64,000 bases of DNA from Ophelia neglecta (Eukaryota). Where the stretch lies: positions 113,088,001 through 113,152,000 of the forward strand of contig OZ260661.1 of the NCBI GenBank assembly GCA_965285935.1. Direction: 5' to 3'. A program made the translations under genes and the position numbers. Under the pieces are notes generated by a model. That model saw only the letters and a program-made list of their open reading frames with translations, searched no databases and was not told the DNA's origin. Position 1 is the stretch's first letter, and the number at the start of each line of letters is the position of its first letter. This document shows positions 28,040 through 42,770 of this stretch, piece after piece.

Positions 28040-31000
28040 CGAGGGTTTTACTGCAGATTTGTTACTAACTTAGTTTCAATAGCCCGGTGATATGCTAATC
28101 AGGTGGTCGTATAGGCCTACAAATTGAAAGTATTTCGTATTTCCAAAGTAAGTATGCCCTAGACTAAAAGGTCATAATTTAAAGCAGTGTTTCCGTGAAC
28201 ATTGGCCACGTAAACAGGTCTAGGGCGATTGCAGGTTATTCTTGAATGTGTAAAGGAATTTCAATTTCCTGAAACGCAAGTACATGGAAAATGGCACAAA
28301 ATGGCGACTAAAGTAGACTAGGTATAAAGTGGAATTTAAAGCATCTAAAGGGCGGGAATCAAGAAATTCACAGGTGGACGTACCTGTATAGGGTTTTCTT
28401 CAGGTATGGCTCCACTGTGATAGGCCTACTACATCTAATGTCGGTTGCAATCGCACGACCTCACAGAGAGATTGCTTTAACGATGCCTTTGAAGATCTTA
28501 TCAATGTCTCCGTGATATTAAATTGGACAATTTGTATCTATCTAATTTTACTTGTTTTTCACAAACAAATAGCAAAAAGGGGCATATCGGGAACGCAGCA
28601 GGCCACGCTGTCAAGAAGGGCAGACGACTTTGAAGCATTTGTTCCCGCCGCCTAATCCTTTGCTCATTATAGAATGTAAGATGGTGGGATTACTCTCAAA
28701 ATGACGGGCCCCGTCCCTTTGTGGGATTTATCTATTCACATCCATTCAATATCTTTTTATTTACAAATAGTAGAGAAGATGGCCTGATTGTAATTGAGAT
28801 GTGGCCTCCGTGCATGTGGTATGGACTAAGATGGTTGAAAGTTTCTTGAAGATTTTCACCTTTTGTTTTGCGTATGTGGGTGTTTTCCTGTGTCGCTGTG
28901 TTCGTTGATGAGGTTAGGATATCTGGAAAGGATGTTACCAGATTTTTACCTGCACTGGTAATCATATCAACTCACCGGGCGGCGGGATCAAAGGGATGAA
29001 TCTCAGGAGATGGAGTCTGTTCTTTAGCACACGTGAGGCATTTTCGGAATGACCGGACATCTGAAGAGGTTCTACCCCAGGGAATGCGGTACCTCGCTAT
29101 CCGGTGTACCCTGGTGGCCGCAGCCAAACCTCTAACCCCTTTTATATCCGCAGGGGTATGTCAAATATAGTAAACAGCGACATATGGGGCGTCCATGAGA
29201 TACAAACCCAGCTGACAGGAAAAATATAAAGTTTCTCAAACCTGCAATTGTCGCACATGTATAGTGTGGGTATTTACAGCTGTTTAAAATTATCTTACTG
29301 GTAATTATCTATTTAGCCCCAGAGCTAGTAACTCAATACGGCCCATGTTGATGAAAGTTATTTAACACTGGATACTTTAACCATAATCCGAGTAATAGGG
29401 ACTCACAGGTATACTGTCTCAAATTGAAAATCTGTGATTGTTATCAAATAATACTTTCTTTTCTTTTCTATTTGAAGTTGGTTAATAGTGCTTTGTTTAG
29501 ATTCTTGTGGTTGTAAGAAGAGTCTGTGTCACCTTTTAATGAGTGCTTCCATCGGTCAGTTAATAGCTGTGTCCCTTTCACGACCATAACCTTCTTTAAA
29601 TGTCAAACTTATTTATGGTGACTTTTATTTAATTGAATTCATAATTTTGCATCACTCACGTGACCATGGGGTCGAATTGCTCATTTGAAGTTGAGCATAA
29701 TTTTAAGTGAAAGTCGAAACGGTCATATTTTGGTCAGCTTATTCTTCAAAGACAGATTTGCCCCAAATGGAGCTCCGATGGCCTCATATTGCTTTGCTAG
29801 GTTTCGTGCCCTTTGACCTAACGCTAACCCTAATGTCCAGGCTCTTGGGAGGTAATTATTTGGTTCTTCTCCATTTAACTAACTCTAACTTTAGTTTGAC
29901 ACTCATTCAAACATAATCGGTCTGCCTCCTTTAAAATCGCCGCTCGTTGAGATCATATGTTTGTCTGACAGCCGGGTGGATTGGAGAAACTAGACAAATC
30001 AAACGCATACCACCATAGCTAAGTCGAAAATTGTTTACAGTGTTAGAACTCTTTCTAAAAAAAATGCCCCCTTAAAAGCTCGGGTCAACTTTTGTTTAAA
30101 AGAAAGGTGACATCTCCCTTTGGACCATTTGGTAAATTAGTTCAAATTATCTTCCCTCTCGCTTTGTTATACCATTTTCAAATAAATATGCGAACGCTTG
30201 TTACCCCTTTGGAATTTGTTCGTGTGTAGGGCGTCACAGCTCGGCAATTTGATGTTTATTAGAGACTGTAGGCCTATATGCGTTTAGGGATTTACGATTT
30301 ACGATACTAACGTCTTATATTCCCATTTAGCGTAGATTTCAAAGGTTGAGTTATGATAATGTATTGTGTCGGCTGTCTGTATGCCTGCATGCTAGAGAAA
30401 AGCAAATTTGTCATGCATAACATTTTATTTCCATTTTAAACATTTCTTTACTTCCTGAATCAAATGGTTTCCATGTTCACACATTTATCTTTTCATTTTT
30501 ATCATAAATTAAATATCTAAGCAATTTTCAGGATATTCACTTATGTGCGTATATTTTAATCTTTTGCGCATGCATTTGTCGGCATTGTTTTTCTCAAAAA
30601 CGTTTTAGTACTATGACATATAAACCTTAATTATAACTCAAAACTTAAATTTAGCATAGACACGCGGCCCTGGCAGACTTATAGGCATAGATACATACGT
30701 TTTAAGTGAAGTAAGTTGTAATTGTTTCAGAGTGCCCCCGAAATTTCGCCTTCTGTATGGTGCATATAGGTCGTATATATATATATGTATAAATAAGTTA
30801 AGAAGTCGGCGGCTTGGAGCTGTGTTTAACTTTTTGACCAATTATCCATCTTAAATTGTAATAAATCTCATTGTCATTTTAGCCTCAGTATTGTCTCGGG
30901 GTTAAACAAATACTTTAATATCAGCATTGCTTCCGCGGTAAGCGGATAGAGGCTCCATCTTGTCACCTCAAACGTTCTCCTGTGACAGTTACAGCATATC

Positions 31001-34000
31001 AGCCTACTATATCATAACCTCATAAGTCACCTAAGTATGGATAACTCAGAGAGTAAACTGATTTAGTTCACCCCCAATCGTTATTTAATTGGATAGGGTT
31101 TAGGTAAAACCTCATCATCCTCATGTATTGTATTATTATCATAGTCCCAGTGGCCTTTACGGTGATTCAAAGAGGGCATTACACACCGGCGAAATTAGCG
31201 AACGGTTTTGTAAGTTTATTGAGCTAAGAGATTGCTACATTCGTTTCGTTGTAGTTTATGCATAAGGCGATTATGATTATTTATAGATTCTTTCCATTTT
31301 AATATTGTCCGGCTGGTCCAAAATTTACCTAGCATTCGGCTCCAAGTTTCGATAATGCCTGGGAGAAAATCAAGGACAAGTTAACCTACTAGGCTCAAGT
31401 GTTTCAAAAGTCAAAGCGGTTTAAGATTTACATCAGATAATCGGCCTTCTTATCGACCAGCAGGACAAACACAGTGTGTTACATTGTTATGATCTTAGAC
31501 CTGTCTGTATATATAATAGTATTAACTGTACCTCAACCACATGTCCTCAGTTAGGTTTACCAATATGCGAAGACGTACAGCAGGGTAGATAGAACATTAA
31601 TTTGTTGGAAAATGGTTAAGTAATCCGTATGATGAAATCTACTAAATCTTGTATGGGTGTCTAATTGACTAACATTTTTAATATTGATGGTGCGATGACG
31701 GATGCCACTCCCTATAAGCATGCAAAGAGGAGATATACAAAACAAATCACAACATACAATAATTACACAACAGCCCTGGAAATCCGACAGATCAGCAGCC
31801 ATTTTATGCTAATGGAAAATAGAGGTCATAGACCCATAATTGTATACAGTAACAGTATTATTGCCTGATGGACATAAGTTTCAAAAATGTTATGCACCTC
31901 AGTTCTAGACAAAGTGGAACTTTCCCTTGTAATTAGGGTGTCGAAGTCATCCGGATGTAATCCCCTTTCTTAAGAACTTAGCCGAATATTGAATGAATCT
32001 TGTCATTTCTAACCAAGACGATACATTAGAAGATTGGTGGTTGCTGCGTCTGTTACGTCAAAAGCAGACGACAGCAGTAACCATTAGACATTACTAGGAA
32101 GGTTTAATCCGGAAAAGTAGGAAGTGGGAGGGCATGTCTGCCGAGGAACACAAGTGACATAGCCAGGGGCGACCTCGTCGGCAGGACGAACAGGGCGGCG
32201 AGCAACAGGTCTAAACAGCAAACACACCATAGACAAGCTACAGCAGGTGAATCCATCGAGAAAACATTGGGCAAGACGACGTGGTTCTTCGCAAAATGCC
32301 ATTTCCCGAATCAAAATTAGGAATTAGTGTACGCATAAGATAAACATAGAAGAAGATCAAAAACTAATCCCCCTAACTCCTGCCTATCCTTGGCCTTATA
32401 TCTAAAGACTTTAAAATTAGCCATATATACACTTTTTACAGTGTCTAGGTCTCCTATATCCAAAACACATCGATTGACATAATGTAAATAAGTTAGTTGT
32501 TTAAAGTTGCAGGTTTTAATGAGAAGTTAATATTATTAGGTAGAAAAATAGTTCATTAATTATTGCTCAACAGACTTAATTTATATTTTCGTTAATTAGG
32601 TGTTAACTATTATGTACAGGTCCTCTATTCTCTGATGGAGTACGATAGGGTGAATAAAGATCTATGTATACAAAATATATAGTAAACGGTCACATAACAC
32701 AGTAAATATAGCTTATGGAATATTATCATTACATGTCAACTTCATTTCAATTTGTATAAGTTAGCAAACAAGAAGTTTACCCAGCCAACAGGTAGGATGG
32801 TTGCTTCTAAAGGTGAACCTGTCTCACAAAAGTGACACCCAGCGTAGCCACATCTAGGGCAACATTCACTGCTGAAAGAATGCTATAACAATTAATGAGC
32901 CTTTAGTTTCTCGAGTGGCCGAAAGGTGCTGCTAATGGCTATTTATGTACATTTCTCATGTATTTCTCAAATTTCCCTTTCCTTGGTAAATTGACTTTAC
33001 CCTTTTTGAGTTGACCGCTATTGTTGGCCATTGCATATATTATGCGGGTTTCTATTTTCACAGAAAATATTGTTTTCCTGAAGTAATGTTTTCTTTTGAA
33101 TGAAGTAGAATATTATTATATAGGCTAGTAAGCTGTGATGATAGAGTGATTTTCTGTCGGTGAAATTCGCCACCTTGATTAAGTTGGATAATGTCGAAGT
33201 GTGCCGCGGATGTATGCAGCTTTAGGCCGCTTGCGTTGGGGTTTATTTCGATTTGCTTCTGATCGTCCTTTTTGTATTTATTTGAGAATATAAGCACCTT
33301 AGTCGGTATCTGCAAATTACATTACAGGATTAGCAAATAAATCTTCAATGTGAAACCCTCGTTTTCGCCTTATTATCATTTTAGATATCAACAAACTTAG
33401 CACCGATTTATTCGGATTAAAGTTGTAATAAAATAAACTGCTGATGTTTCACCCGGCCCGCCTTTGGCTTCTTATCTGTATAATATTTGTGCTTATCCTA
33501 TCATAGTATTTTGTCTAAGCATATGTTTTAGCAATGGTTCACGGCTTATTAGTATTTCTGAAACAGTTTAAATGCGATTCACCAATGACACGAGTGTCTG
33601 TTATGTTGTGATACTCGAGTACATAGTTTAACCCGCCTATTGAGTAGGTCTAAGCCGGGACTTAGACACCTCCAGTGAAATCAAAGACCAAAACACCGTT
33701 TATAGTAAATACTTGGAGTGTTTATAATTACCGTACCAAACTGCGTTTTATTGAGACTCATCCGCTCTAAACCTAGTTTCATATAAGACCAAATCGTTCA
33801 GATTATTTTAAAGAGTGTTTGGGTCTCCGCAGAATATATATTATATATATAGGCCTATATACATATGTATTATTATTATTATTATGGATTATACCACTAC
33901 AGTGGCTACATAACAGGCCCGTGCAGCGAGTACAATATCGTGTATTTTCAGTGTATAATATGCGTGCCAATTATTTAAGTTATTGTTTAGCAGCCTCTTA

Positions 34001-37000
34001 GAGATGAACGTAATAGAACATAGCATAGAGAGCCAAGTCGTGTTTTGGCGACGACCAACCACAAATGGAACATGCTTTTCTTTCATCAATGTATTTTCTC
34101 TCTATTATTACTTTGTTGCGTAACGTGATTTCTTGGCGATATTTCGGTGCAATTATATAGCATTCCAGTCATCAGAACGGCTAGGGGGTAAGTCTTTTCA
34201 CTTTCCACTCCACACTACTATTGTTATTTCCTGTAGCAGAAATATTGTAATTAGTGAGATTCATTGTTGGCAGTGGATTATCCTCGGCCACAACCACCCC
34301 AGGAACGCTGGCTTTCTTTGGATGTCTTTTGACTTTACTTTGCCAGTGAAAGGAGGCTTGGAACAAGTCCAGGCTGGCATCAAACCTCGCCGTTGTCATA
34401 CAATCCAACGCCCTCTGGCACCAAGCATACAAATTAGCCATATATAGTCAAGTTGGTTGTTTGGTGTAAAATACAAATAAGCCCATGTATGGAGAGGTTT
34501 GGTTAATTAGCAGCGATGCGGTAATGTCAGGCATTGTGCCAGTGCCGGAGAAATGAACCTGGCCTGTAATCATCTCAATAACCGGGGCGCCAAGTGGTGA
34601 CAAAATCGTCTGCCCCATTCTCACCCTTGGCTGCAAGAGTTGACTAGTCCAGTGTGATAATTATAATGAAATTGCAGAGCTTTTAGCGTGAAAATTACAA
34701 ATTGAAGTTTTTGAATGGCCTTTAAAATATATGACAGAAGAAATAATTTATCTGATGAAAATTTCTCTGCAGTGTCAAGTAAATGCTAGCTCAACGACTT
34801 TGTTATTTATAAGCATATCATATACTTTATGCATGAATCGCAATCAATTTTAAAATGATCAGTGATTCAGAGAGCCCCTGCTTTCTAAAACTACAGACAA
34901 TGCCCATGTAATACTGTTACCCTACATTTGTTCCAAAGCTGGCTAGTTTGTGAAATTTTCAATATTCAATTAGACCTACTAAAGCTTACAATATATAAGG
35001 TTGCGATTCTAAGCACTCTTACTATTTTAAAAATAACCTCTTTCTTTATACATAATTTTTGTATTACGTGTATAATACCTTATTAGATTAATGGGATAAT
35101 GTGTTCCAGCGATTTCTTTGATGGGCACGCTTCTCGATCATTCTTCACATGCAAAACGGATGCGCCCTGATGTTTTGATTTTCTAACTGACGAACAAGAC
35201 AATCGCCCATTCTGGATTACATATAACTTCGCGTGCTCTTGTTTCGTGCAGTTATGATTGGGGATTGTTCTAGATTCTTTATTGTCTTTGTAGCAGTCCG
35301 CCCTGGCGTATACCTGTTATGTTGATGGCAGATTTAAGTTACATACAATCCTCTTTGAAGTAACAACCATCCAATGTGAAGTTTGCTTTCTCTGTTTCCG
35401 ACCCACATATGCAAATTTACCCGTACCAAAATACAAAGAACCACAAACAAATTAAAGCAAACATTTAAAGATTCCTATTATCTTAAGTTTACGATTTGAT
35501 TGTGCCTAATGAACAACCAATTGCTTATCAACAATGTTGTCTTATGTCTTATATCGTATGTAGAAGTATATTGAGTCAACTACACTATTGGTACATTGCT
35601 ATCAAACCAATTGAAGTTGACAAATAATTATCTTTGTATAGCTTCTGTGCTTTGATCCACATCAGATAAATGTTTGCAATATTATCAAATGTCTTTGCAA
35701 AGTAAACCACACTTGTCTTTAGCTATTTTTCCGCCGTCTTGATTAATGATTGAGACTGTTCTTGAATAGATGGCCTAACAAGATGCTACAATTCAATACT
35801 AGGTTTACATCTATGGAGTTTACACCTTCAAGCTATCCCACTTATCTATATTTCCAGGCAAATTTTTTTTCAGTTTTTGTGGCATGGAAAATATATGGTC
35901 TCATAGAATTTAATTGTCATATATACAACTATAACTAAGAGCTAACAAGTGTAAGTTTCTACTAATCTTCACTTCAGAATATGACATACGAAAAACTTCA
36001 ACGCTTTCTTGTCCATTTGACGAGCTTAAATATGTAAACCTTGACACTAATTTCTTGTAAGAAATTCAGATAAAAATATCATGGTTCTTGACAATTTGCC
36101 TTTGGAACGCGAGAACTTATTAAACGTAGCTTGGCTGTATATTATGACTTTTTTGCAATTAGATTACAAATTAAAGTGATTCCGCCCTAGCCATTGATAG
36201 AGATAGAATGTTGTCACTTTTGAAGCCTGGTTTGTTTCAAAACTTCACCGTTCAATGCCTTTAGAGGCCGACCAGTGCAGTTTTAGAAAACGAATTTGCC
36301 AGAGGAAATTCGGCGTAACTGGAGTCACAAAAAAAGAAAGGTGTTAGAAAAAATGTGACAGCTTACATGCATGTTTAACATAACCACCGCACACCTGGTA
36401 CAAGAACTCATCTCTGTTTACAACTCATTGGAGAAGAAAAATACTAATTTCGCCAATTCATTGCTTGGATGTTTCAGTTAGGACAGTGTAATGCGAGACT
36501 TAATTGTACGGGCATATCTAACTGACAGTATCATTAACAAATCTACTCGTGAAGCCGATGACTTTGATTGTCAGTGCTGCAATGCCCATTTCTGGGGCTT
36601 TATACATCTCGGATTTCATTATCATCGCCATTATGGTTAGTATTTTTCTGTTGGGCACAAATTGAATCGGATTGAATCAAACCATTGTTGGGCTATTGTT
36701 ACGCGTGTGTAAGGGCCCGTAACCGTGAGAGGCATGGGTTTCCTCCCTACCATTGTCCTCACCAGGCGCCTTCAAAAGGCGATCACCCCCACGGCACACC
36801 TGTTCTATTACCTATCTGCCGGCTCGGCGCTCCCTTTGATGTTGATTGACAATCAAGGTGAGATGGGGTTCATCTAAATTGACAGCTACCCTGTCTCTCG
36901 TCGCAGTCAGCCTCATTTCAAGTCCTCCTCTTCGCTCAGCTTTAGTCGGTACCTCGACAGTATAGTCTCCGTCGGGGAGCTTTCAAGCAAACTAATTTTC

Positions 37001-38277
37001 ACTCGCCCACAATTAGGGCGGGCTGGCAATGGTCTTTCTCTCTCTGCTGGTGGCCATAGAGACTGAATGGTACCTCGGTACGGAGTTATGGTTGAAGCCT
37101 CGGCCTTCCCGCGGTATAGTGTTAAGATGCCCAGGTCTCATCTGTGCTACCAATCGCAATCACGACCAGGCTTATTCACTAACTAGACAGGTAGCGAGCT
37201 TCATTGGGAGATTTGCTTGTTCATCAGCCAGAAGTCGGCCAGTTCATTTCTCCCTGACTGGCTAATGACAAAAAAGTGACGAGAGTTGTGTTCTAGGCGA
37301 GTTGACGGGTAATCCCTCCACTCAATCACCGTGGCACCTATCCCCGAATTGTGACTCAAGTATCAATATTGTGCACAGGCCAATCCGCAGGCCTATTGTC
37401 AGCGTCCCGGCCCATAAATTAATTGGAAGATTTGCCGCAGAAATCATTTAGCCGCTGCACGGGGAAATTATGTCGCCGTGCCAAATTGAGCATGTAAATA
37501 TGTAATTTCAATGTAATCTTTTGGCGTGCGAGATGAATTTAATTCACGGAAAGCGTTGCTAATTTCCCGTTGGGCTGGCATATTGATAGACAGCTCGCCC
37601 CACGCCATCGTGGCTTTGAAGCTTTCTATTGTCGGCTGCTGCAGCAGACGACATCTTGCTGGCTGTTGTTATCAATGGTAATTTTCTACCAGACTTCAAC
37701 GGCGGATTTGTCCATCCCCGTCTGCGGCTTAAAAGTCAATGGAAATCACGCTTGCCTCTTGACTCGACTGTTACTGTCATATTGGATCGTAATTAGGAGC
37801 TTTCCAATCTGTTTGGCCTTTGAGGAAGTCTGGTGGCGAGCCAGCAAGCTGTGTGACATATGGACTGGCCAGTAGGCTAGGCGTGTGTCAAAACTATAGA
37901 CAGATGTAACCGACTTCTCTTCCCCCGACCGCCATCTTATATAACCTTGTCATTCTTCAAAATATTCCCAGTATCAAAGAGTTTCGAGTGCGACACATGA
38001 GGCCACTAATGGCTATAATCCTAAAACTAATTCCCAGCCCTGATTTGTCATGACATATCGTTCAGTAAATTGCAGTAATTATCTGTAATGAAAATGAAGC
38101 TTAAGTCTATGTTCAAATTTGTATAACAGCCATCGGGACATTGTGTGTTGAGTCCTTATAATATATAGGTGGGAATGAGATACTATAGGCCTATAATTTG
38201 AACGTAAGAACAATATGAACAACTCCAGAGATTTTTATTCCAGGAACTCGAAGCCTACGTTGGTTACGGCCTAGACT

Positions 38278-38300
38278 TATATATATATATATATATATAT
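38278..38300. repeat. (TA)n microsatellite
   Basis: About 11 consecutive TA units. Confidence 0.9.
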
Positions 38301-40767
38301 TAAAGCCGCAAAGTAAATTTTGTTTAGATATGCCTGTCTCTTGCATTATAAGATAAGATAAGATAATGTTTATTTTAAAATAGAAGCTTTCAGCAGAAAA
38401 GCTACTATTGATTATCGTTTTAACCATAACTATGCCTATTTATGCCTATTATAAGCGACCTATAATTCTGTCAGTACAAAAAAAGGTGAAAAATCATGTT
38501 TTATATACGCTTAGGCGACCCTCTATAGGCCTACCTGTACAACCAGACACGCTTTCAAAAACCTCTCTTTTCCAAAGCAAATCCTTCCCAACCCGCGGTT
38601 AATAATTCCTTCATTGTTGGAACGAGGAGAGTCAACCTAAATAGATAGTCTAAACACAAAACCGAACTTAACACAAATCTTCGAACAGTGGTCTTTATCA
38701 ATAGATTTTATGACTTGATCCGATTTTGGCTTTTGCTATTTTACCCTATTGAGTAGAGTCGCTCGGAAGGCTTGTAAACTGTTGGACAAAGCCCCATGAA
38801 TCTCATCTCACCAACGCACGTGTCCCTTTTGTTATGCGCCTTGCCCCGCTCGGTCTTTTTCTTCTTCGCATGGCAATAGCAAGTTTTTAAAATGTGACCT
38901 GTACACCTTCTATGGTTTTCAAATACTTGATTTTATTTGCTTCGGTTGTAAATGACTGCTACTGAATGTAAGATGGGTAAAGACATGATTTTGGTGGTAT
39001 TGCATTGCAACATAAATTGAGTCGCAACTGCAAGGAAAACCTCGACAAGGAACGTCCAAGGGGTGCTAACATCCAATTGTAGAACAAGATGCCGTGATTA
39101 ATTGCAATTTTCCTTCTCCAAGGGTGGTTTTGTTGAAAAAGGTTGATATTGATTGAGAATCAGTATTGCTATTATCGCCCATTTATATGCAAATCGCTGT
39201 TGCTCCAATCCCACTGTGCAGCCGATTGTTCTGTGTCTTTCAATAAAATCCTCGCCTTGTTTTGCTATTGCCTTCTATTTTCCGCTTACATTTCCCAGGA
39301 CGAAATGAAAAGATTGCCGAATAATGGCGACAGCTTCAGCATGGGCCCGACCATCTGTCCGGGGACAGATAGCTCTGTTTTTCTCGTTAGGGCAGGATTG
39401 CTGCAATCGTTCAGCCCATTTAAAAATAAATTATCCGTCTATTTGTGCAACAGTTCAATTGAAATTGAATTTCATGGGATAATTTGGAGCTGATTGATTA
39501 CGATGGCAGTAGCTATGATAATCGATCTGTGTTTTAACAGGAAACACAATTCGGAATCGAGTACGTACATACCTTTAATACTAAATCCGACGGGCTCGGA
39601 AAAGAAGCACAACATCATGGGGTTAGGGTATAAAATAATGTTCTAGGCCTATTGTTCAGACTTTATCTTCCTAAATGCTAGATAAATTCACGTATTTAGA
39701 CTATTCTGTGCGTTAGAAATTGAGGAAAATAGAAACTTGGAGGGTTTACGCAAGAATTTGCATGCAGATAAGACACAGCATTCCAGGTCAGTATATAGGT
39801 ATTTCAATGGAGGTAATCCTTGAGGGGTTAGTTGGCGCGAAAGGACTTTTTTCAATCTTTAATCTGGATATTGAGTACACTTAAGAAAACCAAGAGCTGC
39901 AGGCTTGAGATATTATAGTTTAGAATTTTTATTTAAAATAGAATTAGTTAGTCAGTTCTTTTCACTTTTATCGCGCGTTGCCATTCGTTTGCTTGTGGGT
40001 GACATACAATCATTTACAAAGAAGAAAATCCCGATTTCCTTTGCTGTCATTTTCTCATTGAGGTACTTTGGCAGATGAAGTGGGGAGTGTAAGCGATGGA
40101 GAGCCCTGGCAGGGCAATTCATCTTCATTAATGAGACACCAATCGGCGGAAAATGACGGTTACAATGCCCCTGTCGTGCTCTTGACTGGCACAAGACGGG
40201 TGATGAGCGATATTGGGGTTGCTGACGGAGGTCGTCTGTTGGTCCGATCTTCCAGCCGCCCGGGCACGTCTTATCGGCGTCGCCCCCTCCAGTGCCAAGC
40301 GTGCCCGAGGGAGATAAGCCCGAATCAAGAGCCCGACTAATCAAAACAATATTTCTAGCAGAAATTCGCACTCCAGTGACACATGCTGTGAATAATGTGT
40401 CGCGCTATCTCGGTCCAACAGAGGTTCTTCTATTAGCAATATCGCACCCCAAATGGGCTTTCAGCCACACAATTCACATTGCCCGAAACGGGACATAGCC
40501 TTTGTGGAATTGGAAAATTCGCTAGATACGTGCTGCTTGGGAAATAATGCAAAAATTCCTTCTATTGCTTGCTGAAACTAGGACTCACTCGGAATATTCA
40601 GCGTCAAAAAGCACTTGAATGATCAGCGACCGAAAGTGACACCAGCATGGTTGTCAAGTACCGCCGATCTGTCCGCCATGTTGGTGCAGATCAGAAGAAA
40701 CGAGAGGTAGGCATCGGCACGACTCCTAAATATATGCGGCCTCACACGGTCCGCCCAATGTCTATAT

Positions 40768-41340
40768 CACAGTAGGCAACGTGATATACTCACCGACGAC
40801 TTCCGGTCATGTTTGCGGGATCACAACAAGCACATGTTCGTGTTTTGATGGAACGGCAGGTAAGTAAATTATAATTTTCACAAACAAAGAAGCTTCTGAT
40901 TGATAAGATAATTGACCCCTGGAAAAAACATACGTTTAGTTTCCTTGTAATGAAATCTCAGTCCATGCCATCATTAAATGTATCGGTGAGAGACAATTTT
41001 CTGACCTCCCCTGACGCGGCTAATTGACAAGTAGTTGTTTCCCTCGATAAGGAGCTAATTACCTAAATCCCATACTTTTGGTCGACATATTCATGTAAAG
41101 TAGGTCCTATTTGTTAGTCCCATATATATTTGCCCGGTAAGAAAAATCTGAATTAGCCAGAAACAGGCTATTTATTGTTTTACTTGTTGTCGCTACTGAC
41201 GGAGTTGGGCAGCCACAACAAACGGCGCGACAGGAAAAGTGATGTGCACATCGGACGGAGGCTTAAATGTACAAAACATGGCAATTTATTGTTTTGAAGC
41301 CTTCTGCAGATTCTAGCTCTTCGAAATTTATCACGAACTG
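40768..41340 (+). repeat. Left terminal inverted repeat (573 bp)
   Basis: Reverse complement of 43712-44284; contains ETS-type ACTTCCGG (40799-40806), ATG GAA CGG CAG and a CAG|GTAAGT donor (GT at 40860). Confidence 0.95.
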
Positions 41341-41433
41341 TAACCATTTGCTCCGCGAGTAGTCGTTCCCACTATCCCGTGCGTTTATATTACTGGTATA
41401 TGATTGAATTAGACAATTCTAGCACATTTACAG

Positions 41434-42150
41434 ATAAGAGTCGACATCCATCATGGAATCAATGGTGTTATGTGGTTATTGCCCCTATTCTGGATATTTA
41501 CCGGATGTGATAGTACATTTAATTACTGGACACGCAGAGAAGAAGGTTAAGGTTAGGGAGAAGCTGTTGTGTGATTTTGTTCGGGCGGCCAGATACTAAT
41601 TTGTTTATCTTTACAAAGTCTCCACATTTTCAAGCAGTTAATCTGAAATGTTTTAAAAAACGATATCATGCCAAATTTTTCATAATTTCAAACTTAATTA
41701 TTAAGAAGCCAATATTAAAGGGAACATGTAATTGCAGACATATCCTGTATCAATGTATTTTTGTATGTGAACATGCTTTTGAGAGAGAAAATCCAGCCAC
41801 GAGAAGAAGCATCATAACTGAATCTCCAGAAACTCTTCCTTATATTGATATCGAGTACGCGTTTCTCCTAAAGTAATCTACCCGCATGCCTACCAGAAGT
41901 TAACATATGGTCATAATTTACCTCCCTGTAGCTCATGTATTGTTTGAAATATTGCAATAATTGCAAGTGCACTTGACATACACTATACACTAATTGGGGA
42001 TAATATGATATTTTAATTTTTGAAATTAATGAAATCATTTTTATGTCATAGGCCTATTTAAATAAATATGTACTATTTCCTTGCAGGGATCATTTCTTTG
42101 ACTCAAGTCATAGGAGACGCGGAAAACAGAAACGTCGCCGAGGGGAATAA
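41434..42150 (+). pseudogene. Internally deleted spliced gene of the transposon (probable transposase remnant): N-terminal zinc-finger-like exon plus two C-terminal exons
   Basis: Acceptor tttacag|41434 and ATG at 41453 in Kozak context give MESMVLCGYCPYSGYLPDVIVHLITGH... (Cx2Cx11Hx4H; stop at 41599). Exon 41738-41872 (135 nt, phase 2/2) joins in frame to exon 42087-42150, giving ...YAFLLK|DHFFDSSHRRRGKQKRRRGE*. AATAAA at 42217-42222. No catalytic core is present. Confidence 0.55.
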
Positions 42151-42770
42151 GTGGGCCAGACGAGCCCTCTCGACATATAATTCAACATAAACAGTTAATT
42201 GTAATCTTACCGGGCGAATAAAATTCCATGTAAACAACGTAAACTCAGTCCTAAGTTTATTGAAATAAGAATGCACAAAACATTCTACAAGATCAAGAAA
42301 ACGAAGGAAATAGTTTTCATATCTTTACAACAAATAATTTAATGTAAATCACAGTTAGTGCATTTGGCAAACAACTTGGTACTATATTTGTAAATGTTTA
42401 AAAAATAAACCATAAAAATACCTGAGTAAATACAAATACTTTGGTTACATATTCAGAAATAAAGAACAGTACACATACTTGGGTCCATAGATTTTCATCA
42501 TTTGACATACTGGTATATGTTTGATTCAACTATATCCTATTAACTGTTATCAAAAATAAAGTTATAAAGTAAAAGAAAATTGAACAGACACTTAAGGTTT
42601 GGAAAAAAAATAAAAAACTTGTTTCACTTAATATAATGTGTATGGTAACTTCCCTTCACGTGAACAATAAAATGGGACAAGCCAGGACGAAAAATAAACA
42701 AATACCTTGTTGACTAATACAATAAAAGAATAGCACACAAGTTAATACCAAAAAGTTCAACATTTAACAA

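Noticed and set aside
29061-29100. Hammerhead-like CUGAAGA core
   Set aside because: No stem II followed by GAAA and no closing helices.
29817-29833. Telomere-like CCTAAC repeats
   Set aside because: Fewer than three imperfect units and no associated element structure.
39952-40498. Cluster of overlapping ORFs next to the transposon
   Set aside because: Outside the TIRs, no domain signature, and explained by locally higher GC.
40768-40810. True V(D)J-type RSS (heptamer-12/23-nonamer) at the transposon ends
   Set aside because: Only the heptamer-like CACAGTA is present; there is no ACAAAAACC-like nonamer at 12 or 23 bp spacing, the two ends are symmetric, and no RAG1/RAG2 coding sequence is recognisable.
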